Assembly (NCBI GenBank): GCA_963836205.1
Contig: CAWIIV010000023.1
Location: forward strand, 32,001 to 96,000
Length of the DNA: 64,000 nucleotides
Origin: an uncultured Acidimicrobiia bacterium
GTDB lineage: Bacteria; Actinomycetota; Acidimicrobiia; Acidimicrobiales; AC-14
Reading direction: 5' to 3'
Part shown: positions 43,534 through 52,568 of the stretch, piece by piece
Layout: every line of letters starts with the position of its first letter
Numbering within the stretch: the stretch's first letter is position 1
The notes under the pieces: model-generated
Seen by the model: only the letters and a program-made list of their open reading frames with translations
Told to the model about the DNA's origin: nothing
Database searches by the model: none
Program-made: the position numbers and the translations under genes

Positions 43534-44985
43534 CTACCCCGCGGTTCGGAGGACGACGGGTTCGTAGTGGTGGCCGGCGAGCCAGGGCGGGGCGACCTGC
43601 TGGTAGAACTCGACCGGCACGGTGCCGGAGTCCCACTTGTTGAAGCTCCAGTCCCACTGCTTCTGCAGGTGACGGGTGTCGAGCAGGGCCCGGCCGTTGT
43701 TGATGTCGACCAGTTCGGCGATGAGCTCGGGCTCACACGGCGGCAGCTCCAGGCGGCCGTGGGCGGCGAACTCCTCCGGGAAGTGCTTGACGATGCTGCC
43801 GATCACGACCTGCTGTTGGGTGGCCAGGTAGCACCGCGACCGGTCGGCCACCGTGGTCAGCCGGTGCCGGACCACGTCGTAGTCGTGGGTGCGCCCCTCG
43901 ACCGATGCCAGCCGGGCGAGCGACTTCGACAGCGTGATCCCGTCCAGCTTGCAGGGCGAGCACTGCCCGCACGACTCGACGGCGAGGAAACGGGCCACGC
44001 CCGCGGCCACCGACGTCATGTCGGTCTCGTCGTCGAACACGATGAAGCCGGCCGAGCCCATGCCGCTGCCGATGGCGTTCAGGTTCTCGTAGGTCACCGG
44101 CGTGTCGAGGCCCTCGGCGGTGATGATCCCGTTGGCCACGCCCGACAGCACCGCCTTGATCGTCCGCCCCGGCCGGGGCCCGCCGCCGATGGCCTCGATC
44201 ACCTCACGCAGCGGCGTGCCCATCTGGACCTCGCCCACGCCGTGGCGCTGCGTGCGGCCGGTGATGGTGCACACGATCGTCCCCGGCGACTCGGCGGTGC
44301 CCATGGTGCGGAACCAGTCGGGGCCCCGGCCGACGATCCGGGCGACGTTGGCCAGGGTCTCGGTGTTGTTGACCAGGGCCGGCTCACTGGGGGCGTCGTC
44401 GGGTAGGGGGCCCCGGCGCAGGCCGCGGCGGAAGGTGGGGACGATGCGGGGGAAGGGCCAGCGGCCGTCGATGGTCTCCAGCAGCGCGCTCTCCTCGCCG
44501 TAGAGGTACTCGTCGGGACCCTCGAAGACCACGACCTCCACGCCCTCGTTCCAGCCCGCATCCTCGACGTCCTCGATCGCCTCCCGCACCCGGTCGATCT
44601 CGCCCTCGAATGACTCTTTGGTGGCGACGACCACCAGGTCGGCCCCTACCGCCCGGGCCGCGATGAGGGCGCCCTCGATGACGACGTAGGGGTTCCGGCG
44701 CAGGATGGTGCGGTCCTTGAACGTGCCCGGCTCGCCCTCGGCGGCGTTGACGATGACCGTCGACGGGGCCGACGGCGAGTGGTTGGCCGCCACCGTCTGC
44801 CACTTACGGCCGGTGGGAAATCCGGCCCCGCCCCGGCCCCGCAGGCCGGACGCCAGGACCCGCTCGACGATGGCCTCCGGGGCCATCTCCCGAGCCGCCA
44901 AGATGCCCGTGCCTCCTCCCCGCGTGAGGTATTCCTGGAGGGACATGATCGGCGACGGGTACAGCACCCGGTGGACGAGCGTCAT
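43534..44985 (-). CDS. Stand-alone NuoF/HoxF-like NADH-binding flavoprotein
   Basis: SGLRGRGGAGFPTG.KW, NAAEGEPGTFKDR, YLYGEESAL and ESCGQCSPC...C motifs. Confidence 0.88.
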   Translation of the reverse strand: MTLVHRVLYPSPIMSLQEYLTRGGGTGILAAREMAPEAIVERVLASGLRGRGGAGFPTGRKWQTVAANHSPSAPSTVIVNAAEGEPGTFKDRTILRRNPYVVIEGALIAARAVGADLVVVATKESFEGEIDRVREAIEDVEDAGWNEGVEVVVFEGPDEYLYGEESALLETIDGRWPFPRIVPTFRRGLRRGPLPDDAPSEPALVNNTETLANVARIVGRGPDWFRTMGTAESPGTIVCTITGRTQRHGVGEVQMGTPLREVIEAIGGGPRPGRTIKAVLSGVANGIITAEGLDTPVTYENLNAIGSGMGSAGFIVFDDETDMTSVAAGVARFLAVESCGQCSPCKLDGITLSKSLARLASVEGRTHDYDVVRHRLTTVADRSRCYLATQQQVVIGSIVKHFPEEFAAHGRLELPPCEPELIAELVDINNGRALLDTRHLQKQWDWSFNKWDSGTVPVEFYQQVAPPWLAGHHYEPVVLRTAG

Positions 44986-45005
44986 GCCCGCGAGTCTACT
45001 CCCGG

Positions 45006-45023
45006 TTGTGAATGTGTTCACAA
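45006..45023. promoter_or_regulatory. Rex operator (ROP)
   Basis: TTGTGAA-TGTG-TTCACAA is an exact match to the Rex consensus and lies between the divergent nuoF-like and CBS genes. Confidence 0.85.
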
Positions 45024-45061
45024 TCACGAAACCGACGATTTTCGGCGGCTACGGTAGACGC

Positions 45062-45463
45062 ATGGAGATCGGACCCCTCACCACCCGCGCCGTCCTGACC
45101 ATCGAGGAGGACGACAGCCTCCGGGATGCCGCCGTCAGCATGGTGGAACGGGGGGTCGGGTCGGCGGTCGTGGTCGCCGGCGGGAAGCCGGTCGGCATCG
45201 TCACCGACCGCGACGTGATGCGAGCCTACGCCCAGGGGGGCGACGGGTCGAAGCGGAAGGTTACCGACTACCTGTCCCGCCGACTGCTCTCGGCGCCGCC
45301 GACGATGTCGGTCGGGGCCGCGGCCCAGATCATGCGCGACCGGGGCTTCCGCCATCTGGTGGTGGTCGACGACGCCGGCGCCCTCGTCGGCGTGTTCTCC
45401 ATGCGTGACCTGGTGGTCGGCCTCCTCCAGGAGCTCCAGGCCACCGCCGGCGCCCCCGCCTAA
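45062..45463 (+). CDS. CBS-domain pair protein
   Basis: VGIVTDRD and FRHLVVVD...LVGVFSMRDL. Confidence 0.88.
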   Translation: MEIGPLTTRAVLTIEEDDSLRDAAVSMVERGVGSAVVVAGGKPVGIVTDRDVMRAYAQGGDGSKRKVTDYLSRRLLSAPPTMSVGAAAQIMRDRGFRHLVVVDDAGALVGVFSMRDLVVGLLQELQATAGAPA

Positions 45464-46143
45464 CGGGCGGGTGGAGACCCCAACCGCCGGCTGAGAGGCA
45501 CCCTCCCCGGGCGCCGGGTGTCGGCCAGGCGCAGGTGGAGGACGATGGCGACGCTGGCGACGGCGGCCCACATGCACCACAGGGAGATGAACGCGCTCTT
45601 CCACAGCCAGGCCAAGCCGCAGCCGACGACCAGGTTGGCGATCCCGAACCAGCGCACGTGCCGATACCGGGACGCCAGGGTCGGGCCGCAGGTGGCCACC
45701 GCGTAGAGTGCGACGACCACGCCGCCGTGCCACAGGTCGACCGTGTAGTCGACGTGCAGGTTGCGGATCTGGGCCTCGACCGGCCCCCGCACGACCGCGT
45801 ACATCAGGACGAGGGACGCCGCCGCGCCGACGAGCACGAACCCGCGCACCAGCCGGCGGCGGGGGGGAGGTTCGAGCACACCGACCGCGATCGGCACGAG
45901 CACCGGGAACACACCGAAGGCGACGGCCAGATAGACGCCGAGGGCGGGACGCCACACCTCCTCCGCGACCTGGCCCTGGAGGCCCAGCCAGACCACGGCC
46001 TCCACCAGCTGGTGGGCGGCCAGGACGAGCGGGAGGGACGCCAGCCACAGCTCCGCCGGGCGACGCACGTGACGAAGGCCGTCGAGACCGATGGCGCCGA
46101 TGACGACGCCCGCCACCACGTCGGCCTCGGCCGAGAAGCACAT
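45460..46143 (-). CDS. Integral membrane protein (DUF6629-like)
   Basis: MCFSAEAD start, HQLVEAVVW and FISLWC motifs. Confidence 0.75.
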   Translation of the reverse strand: MCFSAEADVVAGVVIGAIGLDGLRHVRRPAELWLASLPLVLAAHQLVEAVVWLGLQGQVAEEVWRPALGVYLAVAFGVFPVLVPIAVGVLEPPPRRRLVRGFVLVGAAASLVLMYAVVRGPVEAQIRNLHVDYTVDLWHGGVVVALYAVATCGPTLASRYRHVRWFGIANLVVGCGLAWLWKSAFISLWCMWAAVASVAIVLHLRLADTRRPGRVPLSRRLGSPPAR

Positions 46144-46210
46144 GGCCCTCTCCCTCGTATCGAGGTGGGAGTCAGGGCCAGGGGATTCGAGCGGTGGCTC
46201 CGGTCCAATT

Positions 46211-47089
46211 TTACGCCCGGATCGACCCCATTCGGGTCACCAATCCGACCAGACGGCGATGGGCGTCGTCGGGATCAAGCCCGACCCGGGCACCGTGGCC
46301 GGGCAGGACCCAGGAGAACGACACCGTGTCCGCCAGCCGGGCCAGCGACCGGGTCTGGGCGGTCCAGGAGTACCAGCAAGCGTCGCGGAACGCGACCAGG
46401 TCCTGGCCGCGGTGGCTCCACGCCAGCGAGTCGCCGGTGAACAGCCAGGTGTCGTCGACCGCGAACACGACCGAGCCCCGGGTGTGGCCGGGCACGGGGA
46501 CTGCCACCACGCCCGGTGCGACCACCGCCGCCGCCTCCCCCCGGAGCAGGTCGGTCGCCCCGGGAGCGGCCGACGCGTCGGCCTCGTGGATCCACATGCG
46601 AGCGCCGTAGCGCTCGGCCCATCGGGGAGCGTCGGCCACGTCGTCGCGGTGGGTGAGGAGCACGTGGGCCACCCCGCCGAGGGCGTCGATGGGGCCGGTG
46701 AGCGACCGGGTGTAGCGGGGGGCGTCGACCATGAGGTTCCCGTCGGGCCGCAGCACGAGGTAGCTGGTGGCCCCGAACGAGTCCTCGGACGTGTGGCCCA
46801 GGTCGTACACCGGGCCGTCGACGTGGAGCGGGTAGAGCCCCGGAGGACGGGGCGTCCGGGGGGTCCGCCCGATCGACTGGGTCGGGCACGCCTCCGCCGC
46901 CAGCCAGGCCCGGTGTTCCCCGTCGGGCCCGGCGGGCTGCACCGCCACGATCGACTGGTCGCCGCCGCCCGCGACCGCCGCGAACAGCTCGGGGACGAGG
47001 TCGCGGCACGTCCCGCAGTCGATGCACCGGGTGTCGACGAACCAGGCGCCCTCGGCGTTGCGGGGATCCCGCTGGTCGATCCGGGCCAT
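46211..47089 (-). CDS. Ferredoxin-fused metallo-beta-lactamase-fold hydrolase
   Basis: CIDCGTC...CP ferredoxin; THRDD, PGHT, FTGD and PGHG motifs. Confidence 0.88.
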   Translation of the reverse strand: MARIDQRDPRNAEGAWFVDTRCIDCGTCRDLVPELFAAVAGGGDQSIVAVQPAGPDGEHRAWLAAEACPTQSIGRTPRTPRPPGLYPLHVDGPVYDLGHTSEDSFGATSYLVLRPDGNLMVDAPRYTRSLTGPIDALGGVAHVLLTHRDDVADAPRWAERYGARMWIHEADASAAPGATDLLRGEAAAVVAPGVVAVPVPGHTRGSVVFAVDDTWLFTGDSLAWSHRGQDLVAFRDACWYSWTAQTRSLARLADTVSFSWVLPGHGARVGLDPDDAHRRLVGLVTRMGSIRA

Positions 47090-47167
47090 CGCCCCCACGG
47101 TACGACTCCGGTGCCGGCTCCACGGTCGCCGCCGACCGATCGCCGAGCGGGCGGGCAGACTGCACGG

Positions 47168-47689
47168 GTGCGGATCCTCCTCGTCTCGGGCAGCACGAGG
47201 AGGGGGTCGACCAACACCGCCGCCCTCCGCACCGTGCAGGAAGAAGCGCCCGACGGGGTCACCGCCGTCCTGTACGAGGGGCTGGCCGACCTGCCCCCCT
47301 TCAACCCGGACGACGACTTCCCTCCCCTCCCCCCGGCCGTGGCCGACCTCCGCCGGCAGCTGGCGGAGGCCGACGGCGTGCTCTTCTGCACCCCCGAGTA
47401 CGCCGGCGCCCTGCCCGGGAGCTTCAAGAACCTGCTCGACTGGACCGTCGGCGGGGCCGAGATGTACGGCAAGCCGGTGGCCTGGATCAACGTGGCCGCC
47501 GAGGGACGCGGCCGGCACGCCCACGCGTCCCTCGCCACCGTCCTCGGCTACGTGGGCGCGGCCATCGTCGAGCCTGCCTGCGCGGCGGTGCCGGTGCCCC
47601 GCGACGCCCTCGGGCCAGACGGTGCCGTGGTCGACCCCCCGGTGCGGGCCGCCCTCGCCGGCGTGGTCCGCCGCTTCGCCGAGCACTGA
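47168..47689 (+). CDS. NADPH-dependent FMN reductase
   Basis: SGSTRRGSTN and TPEYAGALPGSFKNLLDW motifs. Confidence 0.9.
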   Translation: MRILLVSGSTRRGSTNTAALRTVQEEAPDGVTAVLYEGLADLPPFNPDDDFPPLPPAVADLRRQLAEADGVLFCTPEYAGALPGSFKNLLDWTVGGAEMYGKPVAWINVAAEGRGRHAHASLATVLGYVGAAIVEPACAAVPVPRDALGPDGAVVDPPVRAALAGVVRRFAEH

Positions 47690-47698
47690 TCGCGACAC

Positions 47699-47729
47699 CG
47701 ATGAGTTCCGGCGGGCACCGGCGTTACAC
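47699..47729 (+). promoter_or_regulatory. Putative SigG-type ECF promoter
   Basis: CGATGA-18 nt-GTTACAC upstream of the VOC/ECF operon. Confidence 0.5.
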
Positions 47730-47757
47730 GTGGCATCCGACCAAGGAGAAACGACAA

Positions 47758-48171
47758 ATGGACTTCCGACTCGAGCTGGTGATCATCCCCGTCACCGACG
47801 TGGACCGGGCCAAGGCCTTCTACGTCGACAACCTCGGCTTCTCCCTCGACGTCGACCACAACGTCAGCGAGGAGTTCCGGGTCGTCCAGATGACGCCGCC
47901 CGGCTCGGCCTGCTCGATCACCATCGGCAAAGGCATGAGCGACGCCGCCCCCGGCTCCTACCGGGGCACCCACCTGGTCGTCGACGACATCGAGGGGGCC
48001 CGGGCCGAGCTGGTCGAACGGGGCGTCGACGTGAGCGACATCCGCCACTTCGGCGGGGCGGGCTGGGAGCCGGGTCCCGACCCCGAGCGCCGCAAGTACA
48101 ACTCGTTCGCCGACTTCCGCGACCCCGACGGCAACTCATGGGTCCTCCAGGAGGCGAGGCGGGCCGAATGA
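47758..48171 (+). CDS. VOC/glyoxalase family protein
   Basis: PVTDVDRAKAFY, TPPGS and FRDPDGNSW motifs; RBS AAGGAG. Confidence 0.9.
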   Translation: MDFRLELVIIPVTDVDRAKAFYVDNLGFSLDVDHNVSEEFRVVQMTPPGSACSITIGKGMSDAAPGSYRGTHLVVDDIEGARAELVERGVDVSDIRHFGGAGWEPGPDPERRKYNSFADFRDPDGNSWVLQEARRAE

Positions 48172-49130
48172 GCCGGGCGGGGGTCCTGGGCGACGAGGCC
48201 TCGTTCGCCGCCCTCGCCGAGCGCCACCGGCGGGAGTTGCATGTCCACTGCTATCGCATGCTGGCCTCGTTCGACGAGGCCGAGGACGCGGTGCAGGAGA
48301 CGTTGCTGCGGGCGTGGCGGGGCCGGGAGGGCTTCGGCGGGGCCTCGTTGGCCCGGGCCTGGCTGTACCGGATCGCCACCAACGTGTGCCTCGACCTGCT
48401 CCGGCGCCGGTCGCGGCGGCTGACCGCCGTCCCGTCGCTCGCCGAGGTGCCGTGGCTCCAGCCCTACCCCGACCGCCTGCTCGACGAGGCCGGGCCCGGC
48501 CCCGACCAGCCCGACGCCGTCGCCGTCGACCGGGAGACGATCGAGCTGACCTTTCTCGCCGCCATGCAGGTGCTTCCGCCCCGGCAAAGGGCCGTCCTGA
48601 TCCTCCGGGACGTGCTTGGGTGGCCGGCGAGCGAGGCGGCCGCGCTGCTGGAAACGAGCGTCGCCGCCGCCAACAGCGCCCTCCAGCGGGCCCGGGTGAC
48701 CATGCAGGCCCACCTGCCCGAGCGGCGGACGGAGTGGTCGGCGGGCGTCCGAACCACCGAGGAGCGAGCCCTGCTCGAGCGGTTCATCGACGCCCACCAG
48801 CGCTGCGACGCGGCGGCCGCCATCGCCATCGCGGCGGAGGACATCCGGGTCACGATGCCGCCGAACCCGCACCGCTTCGAGGGGCTGGCCATGGTCGCCG
48901 CCCTCGTCGAGCGGGCGTTTGCGGAGGACACCCGCGACGGTGACTGGCGGCTGGTGCCGACGTCGGCCAACCGCATGCCCACCGCCGCCAGCTACCTGCG
49001 CCGGCCGGGCGACTCCGAGTTCCGGGCCTTCAAGCTCGACGTCCTCCGCATCCGCGACGGAGCCATCGCCGAGATCACCACGTTCGGCCCGTCGCTGTTC
49101 GAGGACTTCGGACTATCGCCGACGGCGTGA
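48168..49130 (+). CDS. ECF sigma factor with C-terminal SnoaL-like extension (SigG-like)
   Basis: HCYRML.S..EAEDAVQET, WLYRIATN, WLQPYPD, NSALQRAR and MPP motifs. Confidence 0.9.
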   Translation: MSRAGVLGDEASFAALAERHRRELHVHCYRMLASFDEAEDAVQETLLRAWRGREGFGGASLARAWLYRIATNVCLDLLRRRSRRLTAVPSLAEVPWLQPYPDRLLDEAGPGPDQPDAVAVDRETIELTFLAAMQVLPPRQRAVLILRDVLGWPASEAAALLETSVAAANSALQRARVTMQAHLPERRTEWSAGVRTTEERALLERFIDAHQRCDAAAAIAIAAEDIRVTMPPNPHRFEGLAMVAALVERAFAEDTRDGDWRLVPTSANRMPTAASYLRRPGDSEFRAFKLDVLRIRDGAIAEITTFGPSLFEDFGLSPTA

Positions 49131-49154
49131 GGGTCTGGCCGACCTGCCTTCTCT

Positions 49155-49364
49155 CTACGACGCGGCCGACCTCACGTGGTGGGCCTCGTCGAGGAGCTTG
49201 GCGATGTCGGCCCGGAGGAATCGGCGGTGGCCGCCGAGGGTCGTGATGTGCGAGATGCGTCCCTCGTCGGCCCACCGGCTCACCGTGCGGGGCGTGACGC
49301 ACAGGAGGTGGGCGACATCGCGCGGGGTCAGGTAGTCGGCGGCGAGAGTCTCGGGTGTGGACAT
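49155..49364 (-). CDS. BldC-family MerR-like HTH protein
   Basis: LTPRDVAHLLCVTPRTVSRWADEGRI...TLGGHRRF. Confidence 0.85.
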   Translation of the reverse strand: MSTPETLAADYLTPRDVAHLLCVTPRTVSRWADEGRISHITTLGGHRRFLRADIAKLLDEAHHVRSAAS

Positions 49365-49742
49365 TGCTGGGAATCCCTCGGTTTCGTCGTACTGGCGAGG
49401 ACTGGTCGAGCGGCTCGCTTTTGCACCGCGATGTTGTTTCGGCCGATCGACCCCGTGGCGTAGGGCAAACCCGAGAAATGATCTGAATTACCCAAACTCT
49501 CGGGTCGTCGTCCGCGACCCTTCGGGGCGAGGCGTGGGACCGGAGGGCGGCGACCCGGTCCAGTCGGCTTCGGGAAAACCCGTCGCCGGTCCTCGGCCGC
49601 GGGATCGCCTCCGGCCTTCTCCAGGTCGCCGATCGCTGAGGGTGTGCGCCACCGTTCGCAACGCCGGTCCGTCCCCCCGCTCGCCGCCAGTGGGACCGAA
49701 CCGGGGTGGGCTCGTCGAGCCTCCGGCTGCGTCTTGCTGCAC

Positions 49743-50534
49743 TCAGCCGAAGAGAGCGGGGATCGCCCAGACGCAGGGGTAGGTCGCCGGGAAGGCCCAC
49801 AGGAAGCCGTTGAGCCCCATGAGGAAGGCGCACGCAACGTGGAACGCGAATGCCGCGCCGAGGGTCGCGGCGACGAGCGGCCGCGGGCCGAGGACGAGCA
49901 GCGCGAAGGGCACCTCGACGAGGAGGACGGCCGCGGTCGCAGCACGGGTCATCCGTGGTCGAGCTCGGAGGAAGTCGGCGGCGCGAGCGTGGCCATGTCC
50001 GTAGGTGTCGAGGACCTGGGCGACCGCGACACCGCTTCGCCACAGGGGTGAGACGAGCTTGGCCACGCCGGCCGTCGTGTAGGACAGAGCTGCCTGGGCG
50101 GCGAGGAAGGCCACAGCCATGGCGATGCGAGCCGGCTGGGGACTCGGCAGCACGGCCGCCGCTGTTGCGGCGACGATGAGCGTGGACATCTGCTCGGCGC
50201 CGTCGCCCCCCAGGACCCGCCGGCGATGCAGCGTGATCAGGGTCACGAGACTGACACCGACGGCGGCTCTGCCCAGCGCCGTGTAGGGACCGGCGCCGAG
50301 GACGACCGCACTGGCGAGAAGTTGTGTCGCGGCGAGGGCGACGACGACGGCAGGGGGCCGGAGCACTGCGGGAAGCGCGTTCCCCCGCACCGCCAACACC
50401 ATCGTCGGACCGAAGATGCCGTCGTCGGCATAGGACCGCCGGTCGGCGATGACCTCGAGCGCGGTCAGGCAGAGACCGGCAGAGGCGATTCGGACCGAGA
50501 CATCGAGCGCGGTGGAAAGCGCGTCAGCATCCAT
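49743..50534 (-). CDS. HTTM / SdpB-like membrane protein
   Basis: Multiple TM segments; GGDGAEQM, YTTAGVAKL..PLWRSG and FH...MGLNGF.W motifs. Confidence 0.72.
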   Translation of the reverse strand: MDADALSTALDVSVRIASAGLCLTALEVIADRRSYADDGIFGPTMVLAVRGNALPAVLRPPAVVVALAATQLLASAVVLGAGPYTALGRAAVGVSLVTLITLHRRRVLGGDGAEQMSTLIVAATAAAVLPSPQPARIAMAVAFLAAQAALSYTTAGVAKLVSPLWRSGVAVAQVLDTYGHGHARAADFLRARPRMTRAATAAVLLVEVPFALLVLGPRPLVAATLGAAFAFHVACAFLMGLNGFLWAFPATYPCVWAIPALFG

Positions 50535-51060
50535 TGTCCCCGCCGGCAGCATGCCAGCCGGACAGATACACGATCCGGAGGGATCGGGATTCGCCGTGGC
50601 CGTTCGACGCGACCACCGCGAATTGCCGCTTGGCGCCTTCCGCAGCGGGCTCGATCAGCGACCACCGGAGCAACCCCAGGTACGAGCCGCTGAGCTGCTC
50701 CGCTCCGGGCGCGAAATCTGTGCTTCCCAGGGCGCGAAGGGTTCCGAGGAGGCCGGAGACGAGGTCGCTGAGGGCTTTGCTCCCGTAGCGAGACGGCTGC
50801 CAAAGCCATCGCCACGAACGTTTGGACTCGTCAAGGGCGACGGGGCGCCACCGTCCGGCGACACCGGGCACCACCTCGTCGCGCACCACCAGGTGACGGT
50901 CGTCGCGGCCCGGGTTCGGGGCGAAGAATCGCCAGCGCGGCAGCAAGGCATACCGGTCGTGACGCGAGATCCTCGACCACCGCGGCGGATCGAACTGATG
51001 GACGACGCTGGCAAGGAACCAGAGCGTGAGTACCAGCCCGACAGTGGCAGTCCAGGCCAT
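50524..51060 (-). CDS. SdpA / DUF5819-like protein
   Basis: N-terminal TM segment followed by LLPRWRFFAPNP; overlaps the HTTM gene. Confidence 0.65.
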   Translation of the reverse strand: MAWTATVGLVLTLWFLASVVHQFDPPRWSRISRHDRYALLPRWRFFAPNPGRDDRHLVVRDEVVPGVAGRWRPVALDESKRSWRWLWQPSRYGSKALSDLVSGLLGTLRALGSTDFAPGAEQLSGSYLGLLRWSLIEPAAEGAKRQFAVVASNGHGESRSLRIVYLSGWHAAGGDNGC

Positions 51061-51118
51061 CGCGAGGTGGCCGCTCAGCGCCCGCGCTCCGGGATGGCTG
51101 GCGCTTCGGGCGGTCGGA

Positions 51119-51451
51119 TCAGTCTGCCGTCGCGTCCGAGCCGTGGCCGCCCGCCTCGGACGAGCCTTCCTGGACGGCCTGCGAACGCATCTCCATGAGC
51201 TGGCCAAGGGTCGGCGCGCCCTGGAGCTGGCTGGCGAGCTCGCGGATCTGGCCAAGGATCTGGCGGTTGTGTTCGCTGAACTCGATGCCTCCCCGCCCCT
51301 CCATGCGCGTTTCGACCATGGCCATCTGGGCTTCCGCCACGCATTCGTCGTCTTCCAGCCGGTCGTCGAACGTGCGCCCTTTGGACTGCGCGACGGTGAT
51401 GAGCGCGTCGAGCGACGCCAGCTCTGCATGGGTGAGTCGTCCAGACGCCAT
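51119..51451 (-). CDS. Small acidic helical protein (110 aa), putative substrate of the SdpAB-like pair
   Basis: RBS GGGAGG then MASGRLTHAELASLDALI...APTLGQLMEMR; first gene of the three-gene run. Confidence 0.7.
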   Translation of the reverse strand: MASGRLTHAELASLDALITVAQSKGRTFDDRLEDDECVAEAQMAMVETRMEGRGGIEFSEHNRQILGQIRELASQLQGAPTLGQLMEMRSQAVQEGSSEAGGHGSDATAD

Positions 51452-51744
51452 GTCGTCCTCCCTGTTCGTGGCCGCCGCCCTGTTCGTCTTGAGGAGATGG
51501 ACCAAGCCCGCTCGATTCGCGGGTGTCGAACGATAACGCGATCAGTCTCGGGAGAGCCCGACACCGACGGGTGCCTCGTCGGCATGCGAATGCGGCACTG
51601 ATCGCCGATCGGCCGTAACGCCAACATGGAGTCGGGCGCTGCCGTGCGCCTCGACCGCCGGGACATCAAGCAGTACATCGAGGAGGGCCGCCGGCCCGCC
51701 GCTGAACCGGGTGCCGCGGCGCGAGTCTCGGCACGTCCGACGTG

Positions 51745-52075
51745 TTCACCGATCGGCAGGTTCCGAATCGCCAGCCTCGTCGGACTGAGCGAAACGACGA
51801 CACCCCGGTCGAGGTCGTCGACGATCGCCGGCAGGTTGGCGAGAAGGAGGCCGCCCGTGGTCGTCAGGCGACAACTCCGAAACCCGGCGCAGGAGGATGA
51901 CGGGCGGAAACGGCGCCGCCTAGCGCCAGCAGCATGGAGAAGTCGGTGTCGGCGGTGACGACGACGTAGCCATCGGCGACGGCCCGGTCGAAGATGACCG
52001 GTCCGGAGCGGCAGCAGATCCAGTTCGCCTAAGTGGACGATGTCGTACCCGGCATCGGAGAGCAACCCAACGGGA
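51745..52075 (-). pseudogene. DUF5615 PIN-like (VapC45-type) gene remnant
   Basis: Across frames: LSDAGYDIVHL, IFDRAVADGYVVVTADTDFSMLLA and LLANLPAIVDDLDRGVVVSL...IRNLPI. Confidence 0.65.
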
Positions 52076-52094
52076 CGGGGGAACGTCCTCCTGC

Positions 52095-52400
52095 TCGGCC
52101 AAGCGTTCGTCGTCCCGCAGCTCGTAGTGGACGTTGAGCGCCGGGCTGCCGTAGGACGGGTACGGGTCGAGGCGGACGCCGTGGTCACGGCACAGCTTGT
52201 GGAAGCGCGGTTGGAGGCCGAGCTCGAAGCGCATCGGTCCCCACTCGGCGGTGAACCGGCCGAGGAAGCGGGACGACTGGATCCGCCCGCCGGCCCGGTC
52301 GAGGGACTCGAGCAAGGTGACGTCGTGGCCCCGGGAAGCCAGTTCGTCGACGCCTACAGCCCGACGATGCCCGCTCCGACAACCACGATGCCCGCCGGCC
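52095..52400 (-). pseudogene. Flavin amine oxidase N-terminal remnant
   Basis: IVVVGAGIVGL, then stop, then RGHDVTLLE..RAGGRI...EWGPMRF in another frame; truncated. Confidence 0.65.
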
Positions 52401-52568
52401 CGCGCCGAAAACGGCCTGCGGCCGCGTCGTCGGTGGGATAGGCAACCACGGTAGATGGGCGGCAACGGGCCGGCCGTGGATGCGCACGCGAATCGAGAAC
52501 CCCAGGGCTTGACACCCCCGGAGACGCCGTGATTGTGTCGAGGAAACGGTGGAAGGCGGAGGTGCGGG

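Noticed and set aside
49462-49505. c-di-GMP-I riboswitch (GGGCAAACC start)
   Set aside because: The downstream GAAA...GACGCAAAG elements are absent; only an 8-bp inverted repeat (ACCCGAGA/TCTCGGGT) is evident
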